A stretch of DNA of 64,000 nt from Candidatus Oxydemutator sp. (GTDB lineage Bacteria > Pseudomonadota > Gammaproteobacteria > Poriferisulfidales > Oxydemutatoraceae): the NCBI GenBank assembly GCA_965203445.1, contig OZ241883.1, positions 352,001 to 416,000 on the forward strand, in the 5' to 3' direction. Below the pieces are notes generated by a model that worked only from the letters and a program-made list of their open reading frames with translations, was not told where the DNA came from and did no database searches. Shown here piece by piece: positions 24,673 to 36,710 of this stretch (position 1 is the first letter of the stretch; each line of letters starts with the position of its first letter). The position numbers and the translations under genes are program-made.

Positions 24673-25503
24673 CTAAGGCGGACGGTGCTTCCAGCGGCGG
24701 TGCGTCCACAACCAGCTTTGCGGGTCGTGCAGTATGCGGCGCTCTATGGCCGCGGCGTAGCGCCGCATGAACTCTTCCTCGCGGCCCTTCTCGACCGTGC
24801 CCAGAGGCTCGAAACGTGCTTTGTAAAGGCCGCGCCCGCGCCGTTCGCAGACGATGAAAAACACCGGCGTCCGGAACATGACCGCGAGCCTTGCGACGTC
24901 CGCGCCGAACGCGGCGCGCCGTCCTAGGAACGGGATCCAGAACGCGTCCTCGGCGCGCTTCGGCGCCTGGTCGGCGACTATCGCGAAAAAACAGCGGCGG
25001 CGGCGCTGGCGCGCGACTACGGCACCGACGTCGCGGTGCGCCACCGGCACCGCGCCGAAGCGCGCGCGCAGGTCTCGGATGAAGGCGCCGGCGGCGCCGC
25101 GCTGCGGCTTATAGACCGCGAACATCGGCCACCCCAGCGACAACGTGCAACTCTGCAACAGCCACTCCCAGTTGCCGAAGTGCGCCGACAGCAACAGCAC
25201 CGGCCGTCCGGCGTCGGCGGCGTCGAGGATCTCGGGGTTCTCCAGAGGTACGCGCCGCCGTACGTCCTCAGGGCGCATCGTCGCCAATTTGACGGCTTCG
25301 GCGAAGACCGCGCCCAAATCGCGGTAGAAACGACCGGCCAAACTTCTGACGCGCGCCTCGCCATAGTCGGGAAACGCCGCACGCAGATTCTCGAACACCA
25401 CGTCGCGGCGATAGCGGACGACGCGATGGCCCAACGTGGAGAGCACGCGCGCGACGCCGTAGAGCACGCACAGCGGCAGGCGGGAGAGCAGGCGATAAAG
25501 CAT
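24673..25503 (-). CDS. Lipid A lauroyl/myristoyl acyltransferase (LpxL family)
   Basis: AHFGNWE, ADQ, WLWTHRRWK. Confidence 0.9.
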   Translation of the reverse strand: MLYRLLSRLPLCVLYGVARVLSTLGHRVVRYRRDVVFENLRAAFPDYGEARVRSLAGRFYRDLGAVFAEAVKLATMRPEDVRRRVPLENPEILDAADAGRPVLLLSAHFGNWEWLLQSCTLSLGWPMFAVYKPQRGAAGAFIRDLRARFGAVPVAHRDVGAVVARQRRRRCFFAIVADQAPKRAEDAFWIPFLGRRAAFGADVARLAVMFRTPVFFIVCERRGRGLYKARFEPLGTVEKGREEEFMRRYAAAIERRILHDPQSWLWTHRRWKHRPP

Positions 25504-25755
25504 GACGACGAGGTTTATTATAAGGGCACGACCGAGACGAATGACGGTGGGGTAGCGACGCAGAGCAGGGCATTATTACGATCCACCGTGAAGCAATCTA
25601 CAAGGAAAAAATCCGTCTCGAAGACCGGCGCGATGCCCATGGCCTACCCGCCGCCGCACGTCAACCTGATGGACGGCGTGGACTTCCGCGAAACCGCCGC
25701 GGCCACGCGCAAGTAACGGGAAAGAAAAGAACAAGCCTGATAATTCCCGAATAAC

Positions 25756-25782
25756 AAAAGGGGCGCCAAGCGCGCCCCTTTT
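25756..25782. terminator. Rho-independent terminator downstream of pstS (possibly bidirectional)
   Basis: aaaaggggcgc-caagc-gcgcccctttt perfect hairpin with A/T tails. Confidence 0.85.
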
Positions 25783-25804
25783 GCGTTGCAGGCGTAGTCG
25801 GATA

Positions 25805-26857
25805 TCAGAGTTTTGCGCTGAGCGTCTGCATCCGGCGCACCGCCGGAAGCAGTTCCTTTCTCTCGGCGTCGGACAACGGAATCATGCCCTTGTCGGCCAG
25901 GTAGCCCTCGGCGCCCGACGCGGCCTCGCTGATGAACTCTTCCACGTACTCGGCCAGACCCGGCACCTTGCCGACGTGTGCCTTCTTCACGTAGAAGTAC
26001 AGCGTGCGCGCCACCGGATACTCGCCGCTTGCAATCGCGTCGAAGGTCGGGGCGACGCCGTCAACCAGCGCGCCGCGCATCGTGTCGAGATTCTGATCGA
26101 GAAAACTGAAGCCGAACACGCCGCGCGCGTTCGAGTTGACCATCAGTTTCTGCACGATCAGGTTGTCGTTCTCGCCGGCCTCGACGTAAGCGCCGTCCTC
26201 GCGGATCGTGTGGCAACGCGCCTTGTATGCCCGCTTGTCCTCGTTCTTCATCGCCTTGACCCAGGTGAACTTCTTGCAGCCGCCTTCCAGCGCCAGCTCG
26301 ACGAAGGCGTCGCGCGTACCCGAGGTCGGCGGCGGCCCCAACACCTCGATGCGCGTCGCCGGCAACGATGAGCCGACGTCGCTCCACTTCTTGTGGGGAT
26401 TCGGCACAAAGGACTCGGAACCATCCGGGTTCGGCACGTCCTTGGCCAGCGCCAGATATATCTGCTTCAGCGTCACCTCCAGCTTCGGCGCCTTCTTCGA
26501 TCCGGCGAGCACGATGCCGTCGTAACCGATGCGCACCTCGACAACGTCGGTGACGCCGTTCTTGCGGCACAAGTCCACTTCCTTTTGTTTGATCCGGCGC
26601 GACGCATTGGCCACGTCGGGCGTGTCCATGCCGACGCCGGCGCAAAACAGTTTCAGGCCGCCGCCGGAGCCGGTGGCCTCGACCTTGGGCGTCTTGAACT
26701 TGCCGGACCTGCCGAACTGCTCGGCGACCACGGTCGAGAACGGATACACCGTGGACGAGCCGACGACGTTGATCTGATCCCTGGCGACGGCCGCACCGCC
26801 CGCCAACGGCCCGCAGGCGGCCAGCGCAAACGCCAGAGGGACAACTCGGTTTTTCAT
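25805..26857 (-). CDS. pstS: Phosphate ABC transporter substrate-binding protein
   Basis: Signal peptide; GSSTVYP, TGSGGG, SGTRDAF. Confidence 0.93.
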   Translation of the reverse strand: MKNRVVPLAFALAACGPLAGGAAVARDQINVVGSSTVYPFSTVVAEQFGRSGKFKTPKVEATGSGGGLKLFCAGVGMDTPDVANASRRIKQKEVDLCRKNGVTDVVEVRIGYDGIVLAGSKKAPKLEVTLKQIYLALAKDVPNPDGSESFVPNPHKKWSDVGSSLPATRIEVLGPPPTSGTRDAFVELALEGGCKKFTWVKAMKNEDKRAYKARCHTIREDGAYVEAGENDNLIVQKLMVNSNARGVFGFSFLDQNLDTMRGALVDGVAPTFDAIASGEYPVARTLYFYVKKAHVGKVPGLAEYVEEFISEAASGAEGYLADKGMIPLSDAERKELLPAVRRMQTLSAKL

Positions 26858-26914
26858 AAAGAACCCTCCCGTGGATTCGATGGTTGCAGAAAATTGGCGG
26901 AGAGTCTCGCACCC

Positions 26915-26936
26915 GAATGTGACAGGAATGTGGCAG
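26915..26936 (-). promoter_or_regulatory. Pho box (PhoB site) upstream of pstS
   Basis: Minus strand CTGCCACATTC-CTGTCACATTC: two 11-bp units resembling the CTGTCAY consensus. Confidence 0.75.
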
Positions 26937-26937
26937 T

Positions 26938-27014
26938 TGGTGGGCCCGGCAGGATTCGAACCTGCGACCTAAGGATTATGAGTCCCCCGCTCTAACCGAC
27001 TGAGCTACAGGCCC
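26938..27014 (-). tRNA. ileX: tRNA-Ile2 (anticodon CAT, lysidine type)
   Basis: GGGCCTGTAGCTCAGTCGGTTAGAGCGGGGGACTCATAATCCTTAGGTCGCAGGTTCGAATCCTGCCGGGCCCACCA; cloverleaf, encoded CCA, usual position after rpoD. Confidence 0.9.
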
Positions 27015-27041
27015 TTGTAAAGAAGGGCGCGACGCGGCGCC

Positions 27042-28886
27042 TTACTCCGAACCGAGAAAGCCGCGCAATAGTTCCGAGCGTATCGGGTGGCGCAGCTTTC
27101 TGAGCGCCTTGGCCTCGATCTGGCGGATACGCTCGCGCGTCACGTCGAACTGCTTGCCGACCTCCTCCAGCGTGTGGTCGGTGTTCATGTCTATGCCGAA
27201 ACGCATCCGCAGCACCTGCGCCTCACGCGGCGTCAGCGACGCCAGCAGCTCGCGCATCCGGTCCTTGAGCGCATCCGAATAGGCGGCCTCGTCCGGCGCC
27301 TGCGTGGTCTCGTCGTTGATGAAGTGGCCGAGCTGCGAGTCCTCGTCCTCCCCCACCGGGGTCTCCAGGGACAGCGGCTCCTTGGTCACCTCCAACACCT
27401 TGCGCACCTTGTCCTCGGCCATCTCGAGACGCCGCGCCAGTTCCTCCGGCTTCGGCTCGCGCCCCATCTCCTGCACCATGCGCCGCGTCAGCCGGTTGAA
27501 CTTGTTGATCGTCTCGATCATGTGCACCGGAATGCGGATGGTGCGCGCCTGATCGGCGATCGAGCGCGTGATCGCCTGGCGTATCCACCACGTCGCGTAG
27601 GTCGAGAACTTGTAGCCGCGACGGTACTCGAACTTGTCCACCGCCTTCATCAAGCCGATGTTGCCCTCCTGGATCAGGTCGAGGAATTGCAGGCCACGAT
27701 TGGTGTATTTCTTGGCGATGGAGATGACCAGCCGCAGGTTGGCCTCGACCATCTCCTTCTTGGCGCGACGCGCCTTCGCCTTGCCGATCTGTGCGAGGCG
27801 TCCCAGTTCCTTGATCTCGCCGATCCCGATCCCCGTCTGCTCCTCGTACTCGCGCAGCTTGGCCTGCTCCTTGCGAAAGCTCGCTTCGTTGGCCTTCAAG
27901 CCTTTGCGGTACTTGGAACCGGCCCTGGTGTGGCGCGAGAACCACACCGGGTCGGTCTCGCGGCCACGAAACTTCTCGATGAAATACGCGCGCGGCATCC
28001 GCGCCCGGTTGAGGCAGATGTTCTCGATGATTTTCTCGCTGCCGCGAATCCGGGAGATCGCCAAGCGCAGCCACTGGTCTAGTTCCTCGCGCACGTCGGG
28101 CGTCAGCTTCAGCTCGAGCAACATCTCGGCCATGCGCACGCGCATCCGCGCGTAGCCGGCCGCGGAGGCGCGCACCGAATTCCTGCGCGAGCGTTTGTAG
28201 AGCCTCTTCAGCGTCTCGAAATGCTCGGCGACCTGATCGCGGTCGAAAACGTCGTCGCCCAGGCCGTCGTTTTTGCCCTGCTCGTACTCCTCGTTTTCCT
28301 CCAGCGCAAATCCCAGGAATCTCGGCGAGCAACCATCCACCTGAAAAATACCCTCGTTGGCACCGTCGCAGGCCTGGTAATCCCAGAAACCGCTGAAAAT
28401 TTCCTCCAATTTCAATTCGCCGCGCTCGCTGCGCTCGTAATACGAGAGCAGCAGGGCGATGGACGGCGGGAACAAGGCCAGACTTGCGAGCACTTCATCC
28501 AGGCCGGCCTCGATACGCTTGGCGAGCTTGATCTCGCCTTTGCGGTCGAGCAGGTTGACCGAGCCCATCTCGCGCATGTACATGCGCACCGGGTCGGTGG
28601 TGCGCCCGATCTCGCTGCTGACGTTGGCGAGCATCACGGCGGCCTCCTCGGTCGCCACGTCGTCGGCCGTCTCCTCGGACATCAACAGGTCGCCGGCGGG
28701 CGCCTTCTCGAGCACCTTGATGCCCATGTCGTTGATCACCCGGATCACGTCCTCGATCTGATCCGGATCTACGATGTCCTCCGGCAGGTGATCGCTGACC
28801 TCGGCATAGGTCAAAAAGCCCCTCTCCTTGCCCTTTGCGATCAGATCTTTGTTGAGTCCCGATTGTTCCCTGCGGCGTGCGGCCAC
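27042..28886 (-). CDS. rpoD: RNA polymerase sigma-70
   Basis: [52 protein letters not shown]. Confidence 0.99.
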   Translation of the reverse strand: MAARRREQSGLNKDLIAKGKERGFLTYAEVSDHLPEDIVDPDQIEDVIRVINDMGIKVLEKAPAGDLLMSEETADDVATEEAAVMLANVSSEIGRTTDPVRMYMREMGSVNLLDRKGEIKLAKRIEAGLDEVLASLALFPPSIALLLSYYERSERGELKLEEIFSGFWDYQACDGANEGIFQVDGCSPRFLGFALEENEEYEQGKNDGLGDDVFDRDQVAEHFETLKRLYKRSRRNSVRASAAGYARMRVRMAEMLLELKLTPDVREELDQWLRLAISRIRGSEKIIENICLNRARMPRAYFIEKFRGRETDPVWFSRHTRAGSKYRKGLKANEASFRKEQAKLREYEEQTGIGIGEIKELGRLAQIGKAKARRAKKEMVEANLRLVISIAKKYTNRGLQFLDLIQEGNIGLMKAVDKFEYRRGYKFSTYATWWIRQAITRSIADQARTIRIPVHMIETINKFNRLTRRMVQEMGREPKPEELARRLEMAEDKVRKVLEVTKEPLSLETPVGEDEDSQLGHFINDETTQAPDEAAYSDALKDRMRELLASLTPREAQVLRMRFGIDMNTDHTLEEVGKQFDVTRERIRQIEAKALRKLRHPIRSELLRGFLGSE

Positions 28887-28926
28887 TGCTTCCCCCTGTT
28901 CTCCCGTGAACGGCCAGTCGGTTATA

Positions 28927-29979
28927 TTACCACAATCTATTGTACAGGCGCCGCAACCGCGACAGGATACGCACGGCAGGGTTGCGGGAACATTCGATCA
29001 GGTGAATCGGGAGGCTTGCGACGGGGGCTTCGCCCACCATGCTCAGATATTTGCTCAAACCCACGGGGGACATCCAGCTCTGTCGGCTGATGCGCAAGCG
29101 CGCGGAGGCGAACAGGTAATACTCGACTTGCGCAAGCAGCGGATCGTCCAATGGTGCGTCGGACATATACAAGCGCTCCAACTCTCGAAACTGGCGGCAG
29201 TGGAAAACAGTGAAATGTTTTTCAAGGGTTTGCCACCAACGATCAATGTAGTAGCTGTCCCAGTCCGCCATAAAATAAACGGGCATATCCCCCCCCTGGT
29301 CTGAGACCATCCTCCTGATGTCGGCAACGAACAACCCGGGAAACGACCTGACCGCGGCGGAAATCAGGCGCTCCGCATAGTTGCCAAAATAGCGCGACAT
29401 CCTGACGTGCAGGCATACATAGTTTTCTCCAATCTCGCTCAACACCTCCTGCGCCAATGACTTCACCGATTCGGAAGGCTTCAGCCCCACCTCCACGTCG
29501 GCGATGCCCCTGGACTTTTTGTACGAATGCCAAGGAATAACGCTGCGGTTCATCTCGCGGCCGGGCGTTGCCTTGACAACCACCCGGTATCCTCCGTATT
29601 CATCGGACACCGGGACTTCCCCCGGCAAACGCAGACGTTCTTTGTTCCGGATCTTCAAGGTGGAAAAATCACTCATCCGTATAGTTCGCGGCCGAAGGGT
29701 CTCGATTTCTCCGTCCTCGTACGTCACTCGAACAATGGAGTTTTCCAGATCTATGTAATTTTCCCACGGAAAACGGGCGCTGCATGCAACCGATTCCGGC
29801 CGTGGCAGAGTGCGGCCCCCGCTGAAATACCTCAACAAATTCGGGTTCGGTACAACCAGAATCCGCTGCGACCAGACGGCCTCCCGTATCAGGTCCTGCA
29901 AGTTGGAAAGATTATGATTCCAGCCCCCGCCGGAGCCGATGGAGTCGTAGGCCAGATACCTGTCCGCCGGTTTCTGCAT
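28927..29979 (-). CDS. Hypothetical protein, O-fucosyltransferase-like
   Basis: GGGWNHN..., RILVVP, YVCLHVR, VYFMAD motifs recall GDP-fucose transferases; lower GC than neighbours; ATG 29979 directly after the dnaG stop. Confidence 0.55.
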   Translation of the reverse strand: MQKPADRYLAYDSIGSGGGWNHNLSNLQDLIREAVWSQRILVVPNPNLLRYFSGGRTLPRPESVACSARFPWENYIDLENSIVRVTYEDGEIETLRPRTIRMSDFSTLKIRNKERLRLPGEVPVSDEYGGYRVVVKATPGREMNRSVIPWHSYKKSRGIADVEVGLKPSESVKSLAQEVLSEIGENYVCLHVRMSRYFGNYAERLISAAVRSFPGLFVADIRRMVSDQGGDMPVYFMADWDSYYIDRWWQTLEKHFTVFHCRQFRELERLYMSDAPLDDPLLAQVEYYLFASARLRISRQSWMSPVGLSKYLSMVGEAPVASLPIHLIECSRNPAVRILSRLRRLYNRLW

Positions 29980-29981
29980 GA

Positions 29982-31766
29982 TCAACCCGAGGTGCCGCGT
30001 ATGCGCGACAAGCGCGTGAATTCTTCGCGCTCGGTCTTGCTCAAACCGTCTTTCTCGGCTTTTGCGGCCAAGCCGGCCATCGCTTTCTCGGCGTCCTGCC
30101 GTCGAAGGTCTTTTTTCATGCGTGCAACGGCGTCGGCAAACTCGGCGCACCGGTCCAGCTCCACGCCGGCGGCGGCCGCCGGGGCGAGCAGCCGTCTCAG
30201 GCTCTGCTCCTCGCCGGTGTCGCGGTACAGTTCGAGCACGCCCGCGGTGGTCGTCGGCTTGTGGGTCTTGATTTTGTCCATCAGATCGGCGAGAAAGCGG
30301 GCACCGCGCTTCTCGAGGCGCCGCAGTTCGGCCGTGTCCATCGTCGCTTGCGGCGCCTCGCGCGCGTCCATCAATCGCGGCTGTTCGAGCAGCGCGCGCA
30401 CCGCGACGCGGATCGTCGAATACAGCGCGCCTTGCGCCGGCGCGCGCCTCGCCGGAGGCGGTTTTCTGGTCGCGGCCGCGGAGCGCCGCCGCAGACCCTC
30501 CACCGCAACGCCGGTCTTGTCGGCCAGCTTCGAGAACATCAGCTCGCGGAACACGCTCTGCGGCGGCAGTCGCGCAAGCAGAGGTTGCAGCCTGCCCGCC
30601 AACCCGGCGCAGGCCGCGGGGTCGGACAGATCCAAGCCCTCGCCGTGGTGGCGAAACAGAAACTCCGCCAGCGGAACCGCGTCGCGGCTCGCCGCGCTGA
30701 ACGCGTCGCCGCCGCGCGCGCGCACGTAACTGTCCGGATCCTGGCCTTCGGACAGAAACATGAAGGCAATCTCACGTCCGTCCTCAAACACCGGCAGCGC
30801 CTGCTCAGCGGCGCGCGCCGCGGCCTCGTTGCCGGCGCGGTCGCCGTCGAAACAAAACACGATGCGCGACGTGAGCTTGAGCAGCGCCCGTATCTGCGAG
30901 CGCGTCGTCGCGGTGCCCAACGTCGCGACCGCGTTGTGCACGCCGTGCTGCGCGAGCGAGACGACGTCCATGTAGCCCTCGACGACGATGACGCGGTCGA
31001 AGCCTCGCGCCTTTCTAAGCTGAGGCAGGCCGTAGAGCGTCTCGCGCTTCTTGAACACGCGCGTTTCCGGCGAGTTGAGATACTTCGCCGGATTCTCGCG
31101 TCCGGGCAACAGGCGCCCGCCGAAACCGACGACGCGCCCGCGCGCGGCGTGTATCGGAAAGATCACGCGGTCGCGCAGGCGTTCGTAGGCGCCGCGCCCG
31201 CCACCTTCGCCACGCGCCAGCAACCCGGCCTCGACCAACAGCGCCTCATCGTAATCGGAACCGAAGCACCTCTTGAGGTGGCCGTACGCAGGCGGCGCGT
31301 AACCCAGGTGAAAGGCGTCGAGCGCCGGGCGCTCGAGACCGCGCGACTTGAGGTAGTTGGCCGCCTCGACGTGTTCGCCCAGCTGCGCGCGGTAAAACCG
31401 CGCGGCCTTGTCGAGCGCGTCGTAGATCGCGTTGAACCGCGCCGTCTCGCGCGGCGAACCGCCGCCCTCGCGCGGTACCGCAAGCCCGTAGTGTCCGGCC
31501 AGCGTCTCGACCGCCTCGACGAACTGCATGCGCTGGTGCTCCATCAGAAACTGGATCACGCTGCCGCCGGCACCGCAGCCGAAGCAGTGATAAAACTGCC
31601 TGGCGGCGTCCACCTTGAACGACGGGGTCTTCTCCTCGTGGAACGGGCAACAGGCCCAGTGGTCGCGCCCGCGCTGCTTGAGCGCCACGTAGCGCCCGAC
31701 GATCTCGACGATGTCGGCGCGCGCAAGCAGGCCGTCTATGAAAGACGGCGGGATTCTGCCGGCCAT
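29982..31766 (-). CDS. dnaG: DNA primase
   Basis: CPFHEEKTPSF, CFGC, KYLNSPET, EGYMDV, FDGDRAG. Confidence 0.99.
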   Translation of the reverse strand: MAGRIPPSFIDGLLARADIVEIVGRYVALKQRGRDHWACCPFHEEKTPSFKVDAARQFYHCFGCGAGGSVIQFLMEHQRMQFVEAVETLAGHYGLAVPREGGGSPRETARFNAIYDALDKAARFYRAQLGEHVEAANYLKSRGLERPALDAFHLGYAPPAYGHLKRCFGSDYDEALLVEAGLLARGEGGGRGAYERLRDRVIFPIHAARGRVVGFGGRLLPGRENPAKYLNSPETRVFKKRETLYGLPQLRKARGFDRVIVVEGYMDVVSLAQHGVHNAVATLGTATTRSQIRALLKLTSRIVFCFDGDRAGNEAAARAAEQALPVFEDGREIAFMFLSEGQDPDSYVRARGGDAFSAASRDAVPLAEFLFRHHGEGLDLSDPAACAGLAGRLQPLLARLPPQSVFRELMFSKLADKTGVAVEGLRRRSAAATRKPPPARRAPAQGALYSTIRVAVRALLEQPRLMDAREAPQATMDTAELRRLEKRGARFLADLMDKIKTHKPTTTAGVLELYRDTGEEQSLRRLLAPAAAAGVELDRCAEFADAVARMKKDLRRQDAEKAMAGLAAKAEKDGLSKTEREEFTRLSRIRGTSG

Positions 31767-31823
31767 GCCGGTGGATTACAGGTCTTCATCCGCGGCCTCC
31801 ATGCGGGGCTTTCGTGCAAGGCT

Positions 31824-34800
31824 CTACGCGGCGCGCAACAGGCTCGCCATCAGCGCGCCGAGTTCGGCCGCCTTCGGCTTGATCAGCCAGAAGCGCGCGA
31901 GGAAGGCGGAGAAGTCTTCTGCCACCTGCCGTCCCCAGTCGCTGGCGGTGCGCCCGACGTAGTCGGACAGCAGCGAGTGCAGGTACTGGCGCTGGCGCTC
32001 CATACCCTCGACGTCCATGCGGAAGGTCTCGACCAGTTCGTGGTTGTAGCGGTCGCTGAAAGCGCCGTCGAGATCGAGCACCCAGGCGATGCCGCCGGTC
32101 ATGCCGGCGCCGAAGTTCAGGCCGGTGGCGCCGAGCACCGCGACCACGCCGCCGGTCATGTATTCGCAGCCGTGGTCGCCGACGCCCTCGGCCACGGCGA
32201 CGGCACCGGAGTTGCGCACCGCGAAACGCTCGCCGGCACGGCCCGCGGCGAACAACCTGCCGCCGGTGGCACCGTAGAGGCAGGTGTTGCCGACGATGGT
32301 CGTGTCGCGCGATGCGGTCGTCGCGCTCGGCGGCGGGCGGATTACGATTTCGCCGCCGGCCATGCCCTTGCCGACGTAATCGTTGGCGTCGCCCACCAGG
32401 TGCAAGTGCACGCCGCCGGCGTTCCACGCGCCGAAACTCTGCCCGGCGGTGCCTTCGAGGTGTATCGCCAGCGGCGCGTCGGCCATGCCGTGGTTGCCGT
32501 GGCGCCTTGCGACCTCGCCGGAGACGCGCGCGCCTATCGAGCGGTTGACGTTGGTAATTTTGTAATGGAACTCGCCGCCGCTGCCGTTCTCGATTGCGGC
32601 GCGCGCGTCGCGTACCATGCGCTCGGCGACTTCGCCCTTGTCGGCGGGCGGGTTGTCGGGCTTGCGGCAAAAGCGCGGCCGGTGCGCGGCGACGCCGGCG
32701 TCGCCTAATAGCGGCGACAGATCGAGCACGCCGCGCGGCGCCGCGTGCCCGACCTCGGCTTCAGCCGCGACGCGCAGCAACTCGGTGCGCCCGATCAGCT
32801 CCTCGAAGGTGCGCGCGCCCAGCGCGGCCATGTGTTCGCGCGTCTCGCGCGCGACGAACAGAAAGTAGTTCCTGACCATCTCGGCCTGGCCGATGAAATG
32901 ATCGCGCCGCAGTATCTTGTCCTGGGTGGCGACGCCGGTGGCGCAGTTGTTCAGGTGGCAGATGCGCAGGTACTTGCAGCCGAGCGCGACCATCGGCGCG
33001 GTACCGAAACCGAAGCTGTCGGCGCCTAAGATCGCGGCCTTGACTATGTCCAGGCCGGTCTTCAAGCCGCCGTCGGTCTGTACGCGCACCTTGTCGCGCA
33101 GGTTGTTGGCGCGCAGCGCCTGGTGCGTTTCCGGCAGGCCCAGTTCCCACGGCGCGCCCGCGTATTTGATGCTGGTCAGCGGGCTGGCGCCGGTGCCACC
33201 GTCGTAGCCGGAAATCGTGATCAGGTCGGCGTAGGCCTTGGCGACGCCGACGGCGATGGTGCCGACGCCGGCCTCGGCCACCAATTTGACCGACACCAGC
33301 GCCCCGGGGTTGACCTGTTTCAGGTCGAAGATCAACTGCGCCAGATCCTCGATCGAGTAAATGTCGTGGTGCGGCGGCGGCGAGATCAACGCGATGCCCG
33401 GGTTGGCGTAGCGCAGCCTGGCGATCATCGCGTTGACCTTGTGCCCGGGCAGCTGGCCGCCCTCGCCGGGTTTCGCGCCTTGCGCGATCTTGATTTGCAA
33501 CACCTCGGCGTCCGTCAGGTAATGAGGCGTGACGCCGAAGCGCCCGGAGGCAACCTGCTTGATCTTCGACGCGCGCGCGGTGCCGAAACGCGCCGGGTCC
33601 TCGCCGCCCTCGCCCGAGTTCGAGCGCCCGCCGAGGCCGTTCATCGCCAGCGCCAGGGCCTCGTGCGCCTCCGGCGACAATGCGCCCAGCGACATGCCGG
33701 CGGTGTCGAAACGCCTGACGATTTCCTCGGCGGACTCGACCTCGGCGAGCGCGACCGGCTCGCAATCGTCGCGCAGGCGCAGCAGATCCCGAAACACCAT
33801 CGGCGGGCGGTTGTTGACGGCGTCGGCGAAGACACGATAGTCGTCGTAGTCGCCGCCCTGCACCGCGCGGTGCAGGCTGTGCACGACGTCGGGGTTGAAC
33901 GCGTGGTACTCGCCGTCGTGGGTGTACTTGAGCAGGCCGCCCTGTTGCAGCGGACGGCGCGCGTTCCACGCCCGCCACGCCAGCTTCAGCTGATCGTCCT
34001 TGAGGTCGGAGAAGCGCGCGCCCTGCACGCGGCTGACGGTGCCTTTGAAACACAGTTCGACGACCTCGTCGTGCAGGCCGACGATCTCGAACAACTGCGC
34101 GCCGCGGTAGCTGGCGACGGTCGAGATTCCCATCTTCGAAAGGATCTTATACAGCCCCTTGTTGACGCCGGCGCGGTACGAGACCGCGAGCGCGTCGGGC
34201 GCGAGCTCGGGGGCGATCTCGCCGCGGCGGCGCATACCGTCCAGGATCTGAAAAGCCAGGTACGGATACACCGCCGTCGCGCCGTAACCGATGAGCACCG
34301 CGAAGTGGTGCGGGTCGCGCGCGAAGCCGGTCTCGATCAGCAGGTTGGCGTCGCAGCGCAGGCCGTCGGCGATCAGGCGGTGGTGCACCGCGCCGCACGC
34401 GAGCGCGCCGTGTATCGGCAGGCGCCCGCGCGCGACGGCGCGGTCGGACAGCACCACGAGGATCACCCCGTCGTCGCGCACCGAGGCGCTGACGTCGTCG
34501 CACAGACGCCCGACGGCGGCGCGCAGATCCTCGCCCTCGTCGTAGTGCAGATCGAAGACCCGATGCGGGTAGCCTTGCTCGAGAATCCTGGCGAACTTGT
34601 ATTCGGACAGCACCGGCGAGTCTATGACCAGGCGGTCGGCGTGGTCGCCCAGTTCCTCGAACGGGTTCAGCTCGCGCCCGAGCGTCGTCTCCAGCGACAT
34701 CACGATGCGCTCGCGCAGCGGGTCAATCGGCGGGTTTGTGACCTGCGCGAACTGCTGGCGGAAATTGTCGAACGGCGAACGCACCTCGCGCGACAACACC

Positions 34801-36314
34801 GGCAGCGGCGTGTCGTCGCCCATCGAGCCGACCGCCTCCTGGCCGGCGCGCGCGAGCACCTTGATGACCTGGTCCTGCTCCTCGAACGAGACGCCGAACA
34901 TCTTCTCGTACATCCGCAGGCGCTTGTCCGAGAACGGTTCCGCGACGAGCGCGTCGGCGGCCGCAACAGCCGGCAGACGACGCACGCGCCGGTCGAGCCA
35001 GCGGCGGTACGGGTGGCGCTTTTTCAGGCGCTCGTCTATCGCCGCGGGCGCCAGCAACTCGCCGCTTGCGGTATCCACCGCGAGCATCTCGCCCGGCCTG
35101 AGGCGCCCCTTGGCTGTGACCTCGTCGGGCGCGTAATCATAGACGCCGATCTCCGAGGCCAGCGTGATGTGGCGGTCGCGCGTGATCACGTAGCGCGCCG
35201 GACGCAGGCCGTTGCGATCCATCACGCAGGCGGCGTAGCGGCCGTCGCTCAGCACGACGCCGGCGGGCCCGTCCCACGGTTCCATGTGGATCGCGTTGTA
35301 TTCGTAAAACGCCTTCAAGTCGGGGTCCATGTGGGTCACGTTCTGCCACGCCGGCGGGATCAAGAGACGCATCGCGCGAAACACGTCCATGCCGCCCATC
35401 ATCAAAACTTCGAGCATGTTGTCGAGGCTGCACGAGTCGGAACCATCCATCGAGACCAGCGGCAACAGTTGTGCAAGGTCGGGCAGGTGCGCGCTCTTGA
35501 AGATAGAAGCGCGCGCCTGCGCCCAGTTGCGGTTGCCGCCTATCGTGTTGATCTCGCCGTTGTGGGCGAGGAAGCGAAACGGCTGCGCCAGACGCCACTG
35601 CGGCCACGTGTTGGTCGAGAAACGCTGATGGAAGACACAGATCGAGGCCGCGAGCGACTCGTCGTTGAGGTCCCGGTAGAACGTCGGCAGGTTGTCCGGC
35701 ATGACCAGCCCCTTGTAGGACAGGGTGCGCGCCGACAGACTGGCGACGTAGAACACCGGGTCAATCGGCGCGCGCGCGATCTCGGCGCGCCGGCGGGCGA
35801 CGAACAGGCGGCGCTCGAAATCATCCTCGCCGGCGCCGTCGGGCGCGCCGACGAAGATCTGTTCGATGCGCGGTAGCGTCGCCAGCGCGTCGCGCCCACA
35901 CGCCGAAGGATCCACCGGCACCTCGCGCCAACCCGCCACCGTAAGGCCCTCGTCGCGCACCGCCTGCTCCAGACCGCGCCTGCCGGCGGCGGCGGCCTTC
36001 GGATGCAGGAACACCTGGCCGACCGCGAACCTCGCCGGCGGCGAAAAACCAGCCTCGCGCGCCTTGCCCCGCATGTAGTCCGACGGCATTTTCAGCAGCA
36101 GGCCGCAACCGTCGCCGGTCTTGCCGTCGGCTGCGACCGCGCCGCGATGGGTGAGCCGGCCAAGCGCGTGAATCGCGGTGCGCACCAGCCAGTGACTGGC
36201 ATGCCCGTCCATCTGCGCAATCAGGCCGAAACCGCAGCTGTCCTTCTCGAACTCGGGCCGAAGCAGGCCCCGAGACGATCCCCGAAGAGGGCTATCCACC
36301 GGTGTTTTTTGCAT
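31824..36314 (-). CDS. gltB: Glutamate synthase large subunit
   Basis: [38 protein letters not shown]; start ATG 36314. Confidence 0.98.
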   Translation of the reverse strand: MQKTPVDSPLRGSSRGLLRPEFEKDSCGFGLIAQMDGHASHWLVRTAIHALGRLTHRGAVAADGKTGDGCGLLLKMPSDYMRGKAREAGFSPPARFAVGQVFLHPKAAAAGRRGLEQAVRDEGLTVAGWREVPVDPSACGRDALATLPRIEQIFVGAPDGAGEDDFERRLFVARRRAEIARAPIDPVFYVASLSARTLSYKGLVMPDNLPTFYRDLNDESLAASICVFHQRFSTNTWPQWRLAQPFRFLAHNGEINTIGGNRNWAQARASIFKSAHLPDLAQLLPLVSMDGSDSCSLDNMLEVLMMGGMDVFRAMRLLIPPAWQNVTHMDPDLKAFYEYNAIHMEPWDGPAGVVLSDGRYAACVMDRNGLRPARYVITRDRHITLASEIGVYDYAPDEVTAKGRLRPGEMLAVDTASGELLAPAAIDERLKKRHPYRRWLDRRVRRLPAVAAADALVAEPFSDKRLRMYEKMFGVSFEEQDQVIKVLARAGQEAVGSMGDDTPLPVLSREVRSPFDNFRQQFAQVTNPPIDPLRERIVMSLETTLGRELNPFEELGDHADRLVIDSPVLSEYKFARILEQGYPHRVFDLHYDEGEDLRAAVGRLCDDVSASVRDDGVILVVLSDRAVARGRLPIHGALACGAVHHRLIADGLRCDANLLIETGFARDPHHFAVLIGYGATAVYPYLAFQILDGMRRRGEIAPELAPDALAVSYRAGVNKGLYKILSKMGISTVASYRGAQLFEIVGLHDEVVELCFKGTVSRVQGARFSDLKDDQLKLAWRAWNARRPLQQGGLLKYTHDGEYHAFNPDVVHSLHRAVQGGDYDDYRVFADAVNNRPPMVFRDLLRLRDDCEPVALAEVESAEEIVRRFDTAGMSLGALSPEAHEALALAMNGLGGRSNSGEGGEDPARFGTARASKIKQVASGRFGVTPHYLTDAEVLQIKIAQGAKPGEGGQLPGHKVNAMIARLRYANPGIALISPPPHHDIYSIEDLAQLIFDLKQVNPGALVSVKLVAEAGVGTIAVGVAKAYADLITISGYDGGTGASPLTSIKYAGAPWELGLPETHQALRANNLRDKVRVQTDGGLKTGLDIVKAAILGADSFGFGTAPMVALGCKYLRICHLNNCATGVATQDKILRRDHFIGQAEMVRNYFLFVARETREHMAALGARTFEELIGRTELLRVAAEAEVGHAAPRGVLDLSPLLGDAGVAAHRPRFCRKPDNPPADKGEVAERMVRDARAAIENGSGGEFHYKITNVNRSIGARVSGEVARRHGNHGMADAPLAIHLEGTAGQSFGAWNAGGVHLHLVGDANDYVGKGMAGGEIVIRPPPSATTASRDTTIVGNTCLYGATGGRLFAAGRAGERFAVRNSGAVAVAEGVGDHGCEYMTGGVVAVLGATGLNFGAGMTGGIAWVLDLDGAFSDRYNHELVETFRMDVEGMERQRQYLHSLLSDYVGRTASDWGRQVAEDFSAFLARFWLIKPKAAELGALMASLLRAA

Positions 36315-36710
36315 AATTATAAGTAACCGCTCCCGACCGGCCAGTATAGCACCGCAACGCACCCGGGGGCGGGGGAACACCGATGGCGAACCAGGCGGCG
36401 CGCATGACAAAGACGGCTTTGTCGGCCAGCCTTCCCTTGTGGGAAAGCATGCCCTGCCCACACGTGGTGATAGAGGAGTTTTCCGTTAGAACACGCCAGA
36501 TAGATGATGAAAAATTGCGATTGGATACGTCTGAGGGCCGACGAGAAAACTCACGCAAAGGCCTGCATCCTCTCTATCCCACACCTGACGAAACCGAGTG
36601 AGCACGCTCGCGGTGTCACGCGCCTCTCCCAGAAGGAGAGGAAGAGCGCTTGTATCCTCACTTCTTCCGGAGAAACAAAAAAGAAGGGATACATCGCTCT
36701 CCCTCTGAAT

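Noticed and set aside
25588-25716. Short + strand ORF ending MPMAYPPPHVNLMDGVDFRETAAATRK
   Set aside because: Codon usage looks gene-like and it precedes the terminator, but no family, RBS or start could be supported.
26938-27014. tRNA-Met
   Set aside because: The anticodon is CAT, but it lacks the initiator C1:A72 mismatch and GGG/CCC anticodon stem; sequence and position after rpoD fit Ile2.
30261-35876. Long antisense ORFs (e.g. 815 aa, 917 aa) and similar shadows across the window
   Set aside because: They lie opposite well-supported genes, as expected in high-GC DNA, and show no motifs.
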